From assembly GCF_037042905.1 (NCBI RefSeq), contig NC_087249.1, positions 28,644,001 to 28,708,000 on the forward strand: a stretch of 64,000 nt of DNA, given 5' to 3'. A program made the position numbers and the translations under genes. Positions 13,831-28,527 of this stretch are shown one piece after another; within the stretch, counting starts at the first letter, position 1, and each line of letters opens with the position of its first letter. The notes under the pieces were generated by a model. It saw nothing but the letters and a program-made list of their open reading frames with translations, was not told the DNA's origin and made no database searches. Origin of the DNA: Lytechinus pictus (taxonomy: Eukaryota).

Positions 13831-14761
13831 TTTTCATAAAAATAATTGATGTTTAAGGGGAATTCCAAAAATAATCCTCAAAAATACATCCTGGACGACA
13901 TTGCAGGAGACTCGATTTCATGATCCATGGTCAATATTGACTTATTGGCAGGAAGGTCAATTATCACAAGTATTCAGGTCATTTTAACTGAATAAACAAA
14001 CCAAATTAACCACTGAAGGCTTCCCAATTTAGGTTCAATCTGACAATCATAGCTATATCCATATGAATCTGTTAGAAACACAACCAAAGGATGTGAATAT
14101 AGATACTTTAAGGCCTAATCCCAACACTTTTATTTTGAACAAATATACATGTAGAAAAAACAATCAGATAATATACATTAAAAATAAAAAAGCTATGGCA
14201 TTTTAAAATTTATCCCATTTTCACAAAATAGTGACGTGCACATCCTGAGCATTACGCAAATGAGAGAGCTGATGATGTAACACACTATTTTTGTTATTAG
14301 TTCATTATAATTAGGAATTTCTAGGAAACTTCAAATACGTCAATTTTCATACATTTTATGGTAAAATCAGTTCTTCACTGAATCATAATAAATCATAACA
14401 ATAATTTTTATATGTTCCATGATGAATCAAACCAAATATTGTTCAGTTGGAGAAAAAATTGAAATATTTGAAAAGTCAATAATATTGTATAAGATAGAGA
14501 GTGAGCATAAGACGTGAATGATTCCCAGATCTGCATTCTTTTGAAAATAAGCAAATGTTTTCTAATGCCATGGCTTCCTGATTTGATCTCAAATTTCGAT
14601 TATATTTACTGTGCTGAGATTTTCTCCAATCTTGAACTACTTGCATTTCCATTATATTGTTTCATGGCTTTCTTATTTCTGCTGAAATATTTTCAAAAAG
14701 GTAAAAAATTAATGAGTATCCTAAAAAAAATAACACTTAACCCAACGAAAGAATTGCTTAC

Positions 14762-14791
14762 CTGGGGGTCCATCCAAGTATGCGGCTTTGA
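14762..14791 (-). CDS. unc13: unc-13/Munc13 coding exon 2 (30 nt, phase 1-1; C2A domain)
   Basis: ttttttctttcctctcaacag|TCAAAGCCGCATACTTGGATGGACCCCCAG|gtaagc. Spliced to exon 1 it gives MSLLCVC-VKAAYLDGPP, compared with recalled Munc13-1 MSLLCVG-VKKAKFDGAQ. Confidence 0.85.
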
Positions 14792-15194
14792 CTGTTGAGA
14801 GGAAAGAAAAAAAAGGAATGTCATTAGATCTTTATTCAGCAGGAGCAAAGAACAAGGACACTTGAAACATGACAAAAAATATTTTGTTATAATTACATGA
14901 TTAGCACTTCGCCAAACCAACAATGAATTTCAAGGAAGTTCATCTTTTCCATATACCAAAGAATTCCTATTTCTTTGTGCAATTATTTTGTGGATATCAC
15001 TATGGTGTACTCGGGTTGATGGTAAAGGGGAAATGTGTTTATGATTATTGAAATCATTAAAAGAGTTGCCATATTTATTTTAAAAAAACAAATATATTCA
15101 AGAGGGCCTATGTCGAGTGGCATCCATCAGATATGCTTTTCACTAGGCTACCTTTCACACACATGCAACTACAGCCTTAACATATAGACTACTT

Positions 15195-15480
15195 GAGGGC
15201 GTCATGGTCTTGTAGTTATGGCTCTCGTGTTTCAATCTGAGGGACGTGGGTTCAATTCCAAGCCACGGTGTGTTTTCCTTCAGCAAGAAATTTATCCACA
15301 TTGTGCTGCACTCAACCTAGGTGAAGTGAATGGGTACCTGGTAAGAATTTATTCCTTGAAACACAGCACGCGTAACAGCTGCTCTGCTAAAGCCAGGGTA
15401 ATTATGCTACATTACTGTAGAGTGCTTAGAGACTTCTGATATATCAGGTATATAGCGCAATATGTAAGTATAATTATCAT
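15195..15480 (+). mobile_element. tRNA-derived SINE
   Basis: A-box-like tggtcttgtag; B box gggttcaattcc; core gctgcactcaacc.aggtga...aatgggtacc shared with copies at 43093 and 55741; AT-rich tail. Confidence 0.75.
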
Positions 15481-16697
15481 TGAATACTGAATGCTGTAGG
15501 CTTCATAAAGGGATTATCTGTAAATAAGGAGTTAAAAAAGGATCTATTGGTGAATTTTTATCCAACTGACCATAGAGATTGTCAAAATCAAATGTTGATA
15601 GATTCTCACAAATTTCTCTAATCTGGTTGATTTTGATCTGGGGAGAGGGCGGAATTGATGACCTAATTTGCAAAGCAAACTGTCAAATCGCTTCCTAATC
15701 ATCCTATTGTATGGTAAATATATATTTCTATAATTTCATACCTCAAACATGGATTGGTATTTGAATTTGAAGCAAAAGATTTATGGGATTATTTTCATTT
15801 CAAATCCTATTTTTGTTTAAAAGCAACAAAAAAAGATTTACAGAAAACATTTTAGTGCAAATGTAGCCAACAATAGCAACACCACACACAGAGCTTTCAA
15901 AGACAATTGTTGCTTATATGAGGGCGTTACATACTATCAAGCATGTCGATGTTGTTATGAAAATGAAACAGCATTCCCCAGTGTACTGGAAGATTGCATA
16001 TATTCCATCCTATCTCCTTTTAAGTCATTCTTCTTGTTCCCGTCATCATCGAAGCCTGGATGGATGCAAGCACGATACCTTTCATCTGAATAATTGAACA
16101 CCCAATCTACACAGGGGCCACACGCAGGAAAGTCTTTTACATTATGAATGATAATGCATGTACACTGAACGGGCACACTCTGGCTAATTGCATTACTGTT
16201 CTACCTTCTCTGCCTCTCTCGGGGCATCCTACCTCAATCTACATCTCTCTATTTATCTATCATGTCTCTCTTATATATTAAAAAAATCTCTCTCATACTT
16301 CCTATTTTTTTTCTCTTCCCCCCCTCTTTCCATCTCCTTCACATTTTCTCCCCTCCTTTGATCTCTTTCCTTCTCACCAAACCTTCTCGTTTTCCCTCAC
16401 ACTATTTTTTCCCTCCATTTCTCTTGTTAAGAGTACTAACAGTACTCCAATATATCTTCACATTTATTTCATTTTTATTTTACATTTGGGGGGTATCTTA
16501 CACATATAATTTCTTCATTTAAAAAAATAATAAAATACGACTATTAAGGTAAGTTTTGTCTGAGGGTGTGATAATAAAATGATCTTATAATATCTGATTG
16601 GAAATATAATATCAGCATGTATTCACCATTCTCTTCTTATTTACTTTATGTCTGGCCAAATAAATTCAGCCCAATTCTTTCTTTCCCTCCCCTCAGG

Positions 16698-16701
16698 CCC
16701 C

Positions 16702-16740
<39 letters not shown>
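16698..16740. repeat. Poly-C followed by (CT)n
   Basis: Direct inspection. Confidence 0.9.
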
Positions 16741-16743
<3 letters not shown>

Positions 16744-17000
16744 GTCTTTGAGGCATACTCCTGTAAATTGCAAATCAACACAATCACAATAAAATGCTGA
16801 ATCAATATCATCCTTATAACTACAAAAAGACTTATTTAAACTAACTTGCACTGCTTTTAACAGACACACCCACTTTTCCCAAGTAAAATACGCTTCATCT
16901 TGAATATCGACGATCCTTTGGGATATTTTTGACAAGTTTATCCTCATAAAGCAATCAATCACAATCATTTCCTACCCTGACTTTATTCATGCAGTAACAA

Positions 17001-17410
17001 TAGGTGGTTTCAAACTGCCTCGATCACAAGAATCCCCGTTAAATTCTTGAGGCTAAAAAATACCTGTTAATTTACCACATTCACATCGCCCCGAAACGTA
17101 CCTTTTGGGATAAGTTTCTGAAGTTATAAGCATGTGCAGTATGGTCTGATAAGCAAGCAAGGGGCAAGATTAAAAATCACCAGCTCAGCAGCCACCCACG
17201 GCGCCCGGGCACAACTAAACACTGGGTTGAAGGTTCTGGTAATTAGCTTTCGCACTGCCTAAATACCCGGGACCTTGGAAAAATCCCTGCGAAAGTTCTC
17301 GTAATTTTGGCATGTACCTACTATTTAGTATTTTCTTCTGGGGAGATTACGCGTCATTTGCTTTCACACTGCCAAAATTAACAAACTTTGAGTCGGTCTG
17401 AAACCACCTA
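17001..17410. mobile_element. MITE (taggtggtttca family), copy 2, older
   Basis: Colinear with 12277-12756, with many CG->TG/CA changes and a deletion near the right end; AAT on both flanks of aggtgg...ccacct. Confidence 0.8.
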
Positions 17411-17850
17411 ATGACTCACAATGGCCAGGGAACAGGTTTCTCTCCTCCATCCTGATTACGAATAAATTTCATTCCCCAGATCAAGTTTGTTTTCTCTTCC
17501 TCTCTCTCACTATAAAATTGGTATGCAGGGTGTAAAATTTGATTAACGGTCATATAAAAAAATGGGTTACAAATTGGCATTCAATGCCTTGAGAACAATT
17601 CCCTATTGACCGTTTCATAACGTATGACCCTTTTCTATTCCCATGATCAGTGAGGTACAAAAAAAATCTTTTGGAGAAAAATTGGATTCATATAATGAAT
17701 TGCTATCAAATTCAATGAATAAGATTAAATACAAATAAGAATAATAATATGATAAAACAAACATAAATAAATCAAGCAATTGCCCGATAAAAATTGTAAT
17801 TCCTTTTAACTTAATATTTTTTTCTTATCGCAAAATTATAGGCCTTCAAA

Positions 17851-18516
17851 TCGTCGGCGGTCATCCGAACCGTCGTATCAGTCAATTTTGGTCCCAAAAA
17901 AAAAATCGATTTTGAGATTATTGCAGAAAATTAAAGTACAAGTCCTAATCTATTCATAACTAAATTTATAGGCAGCAATTTATTTTATTTTCTGAGATAT
18001 GAGAGGAATTTCACGGCGATGCCATACATTTTACAAATAAAATGCGAAAATCCCATTGGAAACATGTACTGTAACAGAGCGATACGACGTTTTGACTGAC
18101 CGCGATTTCAATGCGCGCAGTCAGCCAAACTGTCGTATTGGCCATCTGCACTATATTGACTTTGCACGTGAAAAGCGATACAACATTTTGACTGACCGTG
18201 CGCATTGAAATCGCGTCAGGGTTGTTGTATTCCCTATGGCGTTTTTGCACGGGGGGAAATCTAAACCACTCAAACCAAAATTACAAGCATGTAGCTCTTT
18301 TGCGATATTTTCTCTGATCCTTGCTTTTGTGTAAAAATAAGGATACCATTGTCAAGCAATTATCTTGGTCTTTCCAACCATGTATTTTTCTCGCAACGAA
18401 TGTGTTGTAAGGCTTGGGAACCAAGTGTGAAAATTATACTAAACTTTGAAGTCGATTTTCTCTGAAATGGGTTTGCACAGTCGTATGTGTGATACCACGG
18501 TTCGGAAGACCGACGA
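17851..18516. mobile_element. Unclassified TIR element with internal palindromes
   Basis: Ends tcgtcgg(cgg)tcatccgaaccgtcgtatc / gataccacggttcggaagaccgacga; internal repeat gcgatac.ac.ttttgactgaccg occurs twice. Confidence 0.65.
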
Positions 18517-20166
18517 AATTTAGTATAGCAATATTATTTCAGACCGAAATCTGATGTAATTTTCTTATCACTTTCCCTGGTAATTTGAACAATACTATAG
18601 TGATAGAGTAAAAAAAAAAAAAATTATCACTTTTCAAACACCAGTGCACACATAAGAACCCCCCCCCCCCCCATCCCTTGCAATAAATTATTACACTAAA
18701 AGTGTGTACGCACTATTAAACATACTCTATTCTTATCTGTCATGATGTCTTTACTAAAATTCCTAAATAAAAAAATTCCAATAATTCATTGATTATGAAA
18801 TTATCTAGCTAAAGCTATTGGTCCCGTTCTATGGTGAAGTGGTGTAGCCTGTGAATGCTGTATGTGCTTTTGAGTTGATTTTCATGATTATATCTTCTCA
18901 ACCATTAACTCTGAAATGTTTTATTATGTTGATTGATTTTTATTCATTACTTAGAAATATCCCTACATTCAGGCGCATGCTTCTCGATCCAGTGCTCCTG
19001 AGCAAACTTAACTTAAAATGTTCTTAAAATAATGGTCGAATCAATAAAAAATATGTGAAATGAAAGAGGAAAAAAAACCTTTGCATAGGCCTACTGGTTT
19101 TAAATCTTAACGGCACTAACATGTCAAATAATGTTGACCTTACAAATTCACCTCCTGAATTAAGAAGTAGACGCCTGGCATTTCCGCATATTGGGAGATG
19201 ACACATTACCTTGTATTTTCCTGAAGACGGAGGGGAATATGCATTTATCTTCTTGCTAGATACAAGAGTAAAACCATTAACTGTGCAGTCCCGACTTTGT
19301 TGTGTTTAATGGAAATGACCTTGTTGCAGTCCTAAGCAAATCAAATAGATTTATTTTTCTAAAAATCACTCAGGCTTATTGGTTTGATCATGATTCCATC
19401 AAGTAAGTTATATATTCATAACCCACCCCCACTGGAAAAAGAATATATACTGGCTAATTGAAAGAACTAGTTATCAATAATTTCCTGTACTGCCATCTAA
19501 ACCAGATAAAGTTCCTGAAGTATGAAGTGAAGTCAGCAATAAGGCTTCCATTCCTCTACAAAGAATTCTTTTTCTTCTTCCCTCACATCTAAGTCCTCAT
19601 AATTGGTTTCACTTTGCAAAATCCATCAACCTCAACTCCTCAAGACAGATTCCTGGGAAAGTTCTTGTAATTTGGGGAAGTACTAACTCCGTACTAACTA
19701 CATGTAATACTTTTCTAAAGGCCCTATAAATCATTGAATATATATATATCTGGGTTTTTGTGGGGGGGTTTATTTTAGGGGTAAAATTCCTAATAAGAAA
19801 ATACCATGATCAAGTGATCATAAAGGCACCATCTGGTCATGCATATCAATGTTTTAGATCCAACATCTTCCAGAAAATATTTTTATGCAGATGTACATGT
19901 AGGTGACATGTGAGCTATGTTCTATTTTAGAACTGTACTCTCCTTTAAAATGGCCTCATTCCAGCAAAAATTAAAGAGACGCTCTGGGCTAAAAATGTTT
20001 ATATAAAGAAATAGAGTAAAATTCACAGAGCAAAATGCTGACAACTATGGAAAGCCAGCAAATTCAACATATATAGAATGCATGTTTGTTCAAAAAATAT
20101 TTCTAGATATAAAAGTATATCCATAAATTCATTGATTTCTTGACATTTTGGTGCGTTCTCCCTTGT

Positions 20167-20275
20167 TTACAAAGGACATTTTTCAAATTTCCTGTAGAAA
20201 AATATTATGGCACTGATGGATATCCATAGAGTTATGATTGATTGGATCAATCGTAACTCTTTGTAAGATGGGGCC
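20167..20275. mobile_element. Right-end fragment of the MITE family seen at 56844-57108
   Basis: gattgattggatcaatcgtaactctttgtaagatggggcc matches 57069-57108. Confidence 0.6.
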
Positions 20276-21013
20276 CTGATCTCAATGAGGATACCTTCAC
20301 TCATCTCTCTCTTTCTCCATAAGAATTTCATAATGGTGAAGACTTGTAGGCATTTACATTCATAACTCTGAAGTACCAAGATTATAAGTTCATAATATTG
20401 AAGACTGGAACATGTAAAAGTTCAAGGATTGTAATTATGAATTTCACACCAGCGATTAACTGTGTGGATCTCTCCACACAGTGACCGTCTCCTGCAGATA
20501 CTTGAATAAAAGATAAGACATCGTAATCAAGATATAAACTGTACAGGCACTGGACAATAAAATGGCTATAAATTTGGTCCATTACGAGACCGATGGACAG
20601 TAAAGTGCTTCAAAGATACACGATGAAGTGGTTAACTCACAAATATGAAGGATAGAGGAAATTAGAAATGTGTATACAACTAAAAGAAATAAAACTAAGA
20701 AAGGTCAGGAAGAAAAAGGGTATTCACATTTATAAGGTGTGAAAACAAATTTTAAAGCACTGCAGTATCTTAGTCAGCAAGCACAGCCTCATATTTGACA
20801 CTTTTACCAATAACAGGTCTCGAGTGAAGACTAGACTCCAAAGACTCTGTCTGTGCCAGCCACAGTACATAGTGATCTAGTCTCACTACTTCAGACTCTG
20901 TATTATTCACTATGCAAATTGCAAACCCCAAGGATATGTGCGTGCAGACTAGCAGTATATTGTCATCCTATATACATGAACAAAAGTCTTTTAGAAATGA
21001 TAAAACCTGTTGG

Positions 21014-21060
21014 AAGGTGAAGGTCAAGGTAAAAGTGAAGGTCAAGGTGAAGGTCAAGGT
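21014..21060. repeat. (AAGGTS)n hexamer microsatellite
   Basis: aaggtgaaggtcaaggtaaaagtgaaggtcaaggtgaaggtcaaggt; produces the KVKVKV run in ORF 20912..21190. Confidence 0.85.
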
Positions 21061-21993
21061 ATCTGTGATGTGTTCAATCAAGTTTCTTGAACTAGAATGT
21101 CAAACAAGGAAACAAGAATCAAGTCAAAAGGCTTACACAAAACACAAATTTGAGAAAGCATTCACCCACACTATCTTTATTGCATTCTAAAGCCCACCCA
21201 CCACACATTGCAGAACATGGAGTTTGACCAAGGAAGTACACCTTGTGATATATATATATGCAATGCATGCCAAAACAGTACATATTTATAGTAGAATCAT
21301 GATTGAGATATCAGTTGTGTTCTTTCGATTTTGAACATGTTCATGTATGTGGTGATGTAAATCATCTGTTATACATGTAGCATTTTATGTTTGCATTTTG
21401 AAAGACCTTTAATGAAGATCGAATGCAAGCAGGATGTGTACTAAACATCTTTGAAATCCATGTTTCAAGGGTAAAAAAAAATGTTGATGGGAAGCAGCCT
21501 TTATCTGATGGCAGTTCAAATCTTGCTCTGGCAAAAACACAAATCCAACTTAATCACATTTTTATAAGTTCCTCTGATTTCCTGTTGCAAAAATAATGAA
21601 GACTGTAGAAAAGAATAAAATAATATGAAACGGGCTTGTCTTGCTAATCTGCCAACTTAAAGATTAAAAAAGGCTTCTGAGGAGTTTTTCATAAAGCTGT
21701 TTGTAAAGATTTACCAAACTTTACGTTCCAGTTGTGCATTATTATCAGAATCACAAGATTCTGGAAATTAAAAAGTTACCAACTTCTTTCATACTATGAA
21801 ATTGCAATGTTTAACATTTGATATATCAATATTTTGTTGAAAATTTATCTAATAAAATTCCTTTAAAAGGAAATATGAACTGAGACTCAATATTCATACA
21901 TCTGCATGGGAGAAAGATAATATGGGATCCTATTCAACCAGGCCAAAATTTACAGCTCGTTTTTTTTGCTTGATGAAAAAAATTATACTCTGT

Positions 21994-22595
21994 CTCGGGG
22001 AGGGGGGGCACTTCCATTGACGAGTAGATACCATGCGTGAACATGAGGTTTCAAAAAGCACCCTAAACAAGTATTTTCCATGTTCTGAAAATGCACCCTT
22101 AACAAGTATTGAAGTGTGAAATCCGACCCTTAACAAGTATTAGAATCAAAACGGTATCCTTAACAATAATCCCTTACTTTGACCCCCTAACAAGTAGATC
22201 TACAGCGATAGTTTAACAGCCCCAGCATTAGCAGCAATTTTTTTTCTAGTATGTGTATGGACATTTGATTTACAATACCAGAGAAACACAGACCAACCGG
22301 TGAACGTTAAATTTATTAGGCCGCTGGTATACCATCCAATCTCCTGCAGGACCCTACACGTAGTGTTAGTGAAAAAAAGAACATCCTTTATAAATTATTA
22401 TAATCTGTTATACCCTCGCAAATTGGACCGTAAACACTAGCTTTCCTAGCGAAATAGATTTCCATTAGTTTAGTGATTTTGACACCCTTATTACGTTACG
22501 TATGTAATGTGCTCTATCTTGAAAAAGATGGGTATTTTTGGTCGTGCATGGTATCCAATCGTCAATGGAAGTACCCCCCCCCCCCCCCCCCGGGG
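21994..22595. mobile_element. MITE with poly-G/poly-C-containing TIRs
   Basis: c.cgggg...cacttccattgacga..gataccatgc / gcatggtatc..tcgtcaatggaagtac(c)ncggg; TSD TACTCTGT at 21986-21993 and 22596-22603. Confidence 0.8.
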
Positions 22596-25097
22596 TACTC
22601 TGTACATGTACAACTATGTATATTCTTTTTTTCCATTGGGATCGGAGTCTGATAACTGAAAGAACTCCATCCAAAACACCTTGCCGACTCTATAGATCTA
22701 AACAGTGAAGTATATCAAGGGTCACAACAGCTTGATGTTGGACTTCTGGTCATTACCTGCCAATGAATGTCAAATTGAACACTGACAAGCCTAAGTACAT
22801 TGACCTCTCAAATGATTTACCCAATAACGGATGGTGCCTTTATCCCAGCAATAAGCTTGCACAGTGCATGTAAATTCACAATTACAAGGTACGGTAGAGC
22901 CTCAGTACAGGGGAGCCATGGGAAGGAAAATGTCACCAATATTAGATCGGTTAGGAAGAAAATATTGATTGTATGGTGAAGGAGTTTCAGATCCCGAGAC
23001 ATATTTTTTAGAATGAATTTCACTCCCTCTTCATTCCTTAAAGAGTAATGTCACTGTATCATAAAGATTGAATTCTACTACATGCATGTGAGATTTTTTT
23101 TTAAATATCAGTCTCTGATTTTCACTGCAAAAATAAAATACAAAGGACTTATAACATTCAAGAAATTGTACATGTATGCTCTCCAGAATATTCAACATGA
23201 AACCAGTGAGATGATTTCTTTTTTTCTCCTGGAAAACTGAAGATCTTCAAAAGCCAATACAGTCACTTATTTACAGGGGCCCATTTCATAAAATTTGTTT
23301 AATTTTGTAATAACGGTTTAAAGCTACTAAAATAATTCAATTTGATCTGTGCATTTATTATTACAACAAGTCATTATGAAACAGTACCCAGACATAGGCT
23401 AGGCAGGCATCTTGAATTTGTTGGATGTCAAAGTACTTGATATGATGCTTTTATCAATCTCTCTCTAATGGATTTTTTTTTCAATTTCCCAGAGACAAAT
23501 TAATAAATCAAAAGGATGAGTTAACAATGTTGAAAGTAGAAAATGTGCTTCAAACACAAGGAGAGGTGTGGCAGCATGCTTTTGAGATATGAATTTCATA
23601 TATATCTTATCATGATGACTGTTCAGTCTTTAAAAAGATCGGGTGATTTAGTGTACAATAATGATTACATCACAGTAGCTGGAAAGGTGATTTTTATTTT
23701 GAATACTGAACAATGTTACTTAACTGCCTTTGTATTCTGGGGATATATCTAGGAAATGATTTGGAACTGTATACATGTAGTGTAAGTATAATATGACAAA
23801 GAAATGTACATCTAATAAATAAAAAAGAAGAATTGGCTAGTAAATGTTGTGCAAACAACTTCCCAAAATTACTCTGCCATAACAATATTTATTTTGTAAC
23901 CATCAATGATTAAAAATTTGCAACAAAAAAAAGGGATAGCACTCATGTGTGAATAAAAAATCTTTCAAATTATACCACGTGAAAAGAGGAGATTCTTATC
24001 TTTACAATGATATGTCATTTGTCTATTTTATTTGTGATTATTGAATAAATAATCGATAATTCTCAGTTTTGTTTTTTCCGGGATGCACTGTAAAATGTAA
24101 GCAAAAGATAGCTTCAAGATAAAGAAAAAAATTAAAGTAGCAGACATTGTGAATAATAGATACCCTGAAGATTTATTTGAAGGTATATACTCTGCAGAAA
24201 ATTGAGATCCCTTGGTAAAATATTCAATATTTCAGAAAGATAAACATCAAACAAGAAAGAAACACACCATGCAGCCCAAGTCACAAGAGTGTATAATATT
24301 TTCCAACAAGCCGTAAGATCGTTTTTGCTCTAACAAGCTAAAGCACATCAAATTACTTTTTATGCATGCTTTTGCCATGGAAACATAACAGCTTTGTCAC
24401 AACGTGATGTATGTTCAAGATGTTTCAATTCGCACGGTTCAAGTACGCCATGACATTTTGCTAGTATCAGAAGCCGCCCATCCATGCTCTTGTTTCCTTT
24501 GACTTGATATCTCTCACTTTTGCATGCAAAACCGCTCTTTTTTCTGTCTCTTCCTCTATTTCTATCTTCAGTCAAATATTACCATCAGCCTTTTATCTAT
24601 TTTCTCTCTGCATAGCCAATATCAAAGCAAACCCACCAGATAAAGAATAACTTTTCAACACTGAAATCATAGTAAACATATTCTTTTGTACGGAGGTGCC
24701 AACCTTTTTTAACTGCATTAATTGCAATAAAGAATCACATGAAGGATGACATGTTTAAGGACATCATTGGGCGTGGGGAGAAGTGGGGCGATATCGATAT
24801 CTTGACTATGGTGTAATAAACACATGAAACATTATTTCCACAAAGCCTGACTACACAGTGAGCAAGCTATGCAGATGCAACACAATTTGCTTTTGAAAAC
24901 TATGGTGTGCAACAAGACAATAGATTAATTAAAGGGATAAACAGCGACATAAGAGCGACAAAAAATGGAGAGACCCAGGCATCATTGAATAGAGTGAAAA
25001 GATCAATTGACAAAACGGCGACAAAAGAGCTATAAAAAGGAAAACTCAGACATGACTGTCATCTGGAGATGGATTCACCTCTCTAAAGTACTTCTAA

Positions 25098-25486
25098 TAC
25101 CCCTTTCATAAACCAAATAAAACCTATCCTCCAATTAGCCGCCTAAGAGTAATGCGGATAATTCAATAAAAATTGCGTTCACAAACTCCGAAAATTATCT
25201 GCATTATTTTTACGAGCGCCCGTCCTGAAAAAGGCGGATAATCATCATGACAACTGGACACGCCCCCTCCATGCGGTTGTGTTGGAAAAGGGTGACCTTG
25301 TGACCGCACCATGGCAATTATCCGCATTATTTGGAAATACGTTCATAAACTCAAAATCTTGTCCCGATGCTGCTATTATGCGGATAATTGCAGCATCAAA
25401 ATATTGCAGATAACTCTGGTCCTCCTCCGATTTTACGACCAAATTATGCTGCTATTAGCCGCATAACCGGGTTTATGAAAGGGGTA
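25098..25486. mobile_element. PIF/Harbinger MITE
   Basis: TIRs tacccctttcataaacc / ggtttatgaaaggggta; TAA TSD; internal gcggataat repeats. Confidence 0.85.
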
Positions 25487-28400
25487 TAATATATACCATG
25501 AAAGTGGTAGTAATTGTATAGTTCTGATGATAAAAGATAATGGGGTTATAGGAAATTATCCAGATCATGCAATATATATTATCATCATCCGTATCAGACA
25601 TTTGAGCTGGTAATTTACAAAACCATTTTGCCCTAGATTTTCTGAATATCAGGAAGGGATAGGTATATTGTTTGCATTTTGCTCGGTCTCTATGCGCGTA
25701 TTGACTTTGCATGCAGAGACGACGCAAAATATTTTCCCTGGTCTCACATCCGGGCATTTGAGGATGTGTAGGAAGAGATAAGCTTCATAATGATCTGCGC
25801 AGCAACAATATGCGTAATAATAACGACAACACTGGATCCGGGCGCCAAATATGCGTCCCTGAGGAAGCGATCTTATACAAGTACGTCATAATGGGAAAGT
25901 GCAGAGCCTGGCCCCTGGTATAAACATGACACAGTGGAACCATATTCTTAAAAGAAATATCTAAATTTTCATGATTTTTGCTCTAGATGTCCGAATTGGA
26001 TGATAATAAAAATATTGACTGGCTCAAATTTATTGCCCTTCAAAGAATCATATTGCCCTCGTCTAAAGACTCGGGCCAATATTATTCTTTTGTGGGTAAT
26101 ACAATTGATGTTTCCCTCAAGGCCAGTCAATATTATATAATTATACCATGATAGATTGGTACCGTCAGGTATTGACTGAAATAAATATGTGTAATCATAA
26201 AAATAGTCATAATCAATTAATTAGTATTCAATTTTATCAACTTCTTTAAAAGAATCAGGTAGAGGTCTGTCAACATGAATCACCTCATGTTTTCAAGAAA
26301 ATTGTGCTTTAATATGTAAAAATTGAAAAGCTTGTCTTTGTCTCCCATAATATTTGGTACACCTTTGTCTTTATACATTTCTTACACTAATCATTGTACA
26401 TCCATAATTACTTCTTTTTCGAACTGTACATGGTTCTCTAATCTTACAAGCAAATAGGACAGACAATCATACAATTACTGCTGGTTGCTTTATTTACATG
26501 TACCGAAATTTACATCTAATGTTTATTCGCGAAGTGCTCTCAATTTTGTTATCCAAATGTTGTTTTACCAAGCCACACACAAACTTCATTAATGCACAAC
26601 AGACTATCCTGGAAGAAATAACGACCAATTATTGATAATAATAAACAAAAAAATCTGATGAAAAAAAATCCAACCTTAATGCAACTCACGCTACCAATCA
26701 ATGCAGCATGAATGTCGCTTTAAAAGAAAGCAATCCCCGGGCTATTACCAGCTAATTTCAGCTTAGGATTGGCATGCACACAGCAGTTTGCTACTAATAT
26801 CTTCAGTGGATGTGAAGTCACGATGTAACACCATATCAATCCATGGTCTATCTGTGCTTCAGCCCTATATACATAAATGCACACACAGATATCTCTTTAC
26901 TCCCATCTTGTAAAAAGAGAATGTATAAATATGTAGCTTTCTTATTTTGATATCAAAATTATTGTATAATAAACAAATGTATCACCCACTTTTGAACCAT
27001 GCATGTATTGCACTTATCTTGAATTACCTGGTTTGTTTTATCTCGGCACATTCTTCTTCCAGTTTTTTTTTATACAAGTAGCTACTGAATTCAGAAACTC
27101 CCACATAGGCTTTCTACATGGAATATCTAAATCAAGAAGGCAGCATTAGAAAAGTACACTGCACACCTTGCAAATCACCCCCCCCCCCCCCAAATTAAAC
27201 ATGAACATTTTCAGGTCAAACAATTTTGTGTATTTTTGCATGAAGTGAATTAATCACATCAAAAAAGGGTTAATTTCAGATCATACTGGCTTTAACTATA
27301 GCACACATAATGCCACCTTACCCATCAGAATGATCAGATACAATAAAATACAATCATCCCATTTAACCAGTTGAAAAATGTGGACCTGAATGCTATTTTT
27401 AAATGAGGTCTGGCCTTTAAAACATCCTAGAGACTTGGTTTACATCTGATTACATGAGTAATTTCATTCTCAGTGCTCATGTGAGGTGATGCAAAAACAG
27501 ATTTCATGATTTCACATTACCACTCACTACGTGACCGTTATTCAATTTCTGAGAGGTCGAGTGAGGGAGGGGCAGTTTCCGGGTAAGCCCGGACAGATCC
27601 CCATCGCCAGTAATGGCTTAGGCAACGTCTGCGGTAGCTGAAGTCTTACATCCTCTCTCTCTCCACTCGTGCATTCCAAAGACCCGAATGCATTTATGCA
27701 TGAGATTTAATTCTGCTGTCTCCAGCTCTTTTCTAAAAACTTCATCTGAAATACTCACCTCAAAAACCACATTTTAACCGGCTTAAAACCCCGGTGGGCT
27801 GATGGCCACTAGGCTGCTACGCAGATGTCTCTTTTTCCTCAAGATAAATGCCCTTTTAGTCGGTGCTTGGGGATTTTTATCACTTATTCAAACTACTTGT
27901 CTATTTTTTATATAGTGGAATTGAGTTCAGTTGAATTTCATTAATTTATTGAGTATTCTGTTTATTAAGTAAAGGAGGATGGATTGAGTCTGGGGACCAC
28001 TTAACTGTTCTGCAGTAGACATGTCCAATGACATGTTTACAAAGTCATCCCTAAAAGCTTAATTCATATGAGCAAAATCTCAATCCTAATCATACATTGT
28101 AAAATGCTGTCGTCTTTGTACATCTACCTCTATAAACAAATGTAATCATCATTACTGCAGCCCCTACACAAAAATGTCAACACTGAGAGAATCCCAGTTT
28201 GTACATAAGGATATCCTAAACAAAAATTAATTTACTCATAAACATACCATGCTGTCTTTTAATTCCCTTGTTTAGCAAGACTATTGTCCATTTGATTGCT
28301 GTTGCCCATTTGAACAAAATAATAAATGTAAATTCCACAGAGCTGCATCTGACTAATTTTTCTCCTCTTTCCTTCTTCTTCTTAAACATTATCTTCTTCT

Positions 28401-28527
28401 ATAATTTTTACAACCAACAAGATAGATCGAGGTTGGGGAGCCAGGCAAGCATGGTAGTAATTAATACTCTTTCTAAAAACAAATGTTAACTTGAATAGGA
28501 GATATTGATTGGATAATTGTTGTTTTT

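Noticed and set aside
13451-13868. Poly-D, poly-M and poly-I ORFs
   Set aside because: Translations of a (CAT)n microsatellite; same for 939-1303 and 28600-28821.
1-14761. unc-13 exon 3 (STT/WEQDF motifs)
   Set aside because: Scanned by eye and not found; presumably beyond the left edge.
15955-16176. 73-aa minus-strand ORF as an alternative unc-13 exon
   Set aside because: No convincing splice sites or homology.
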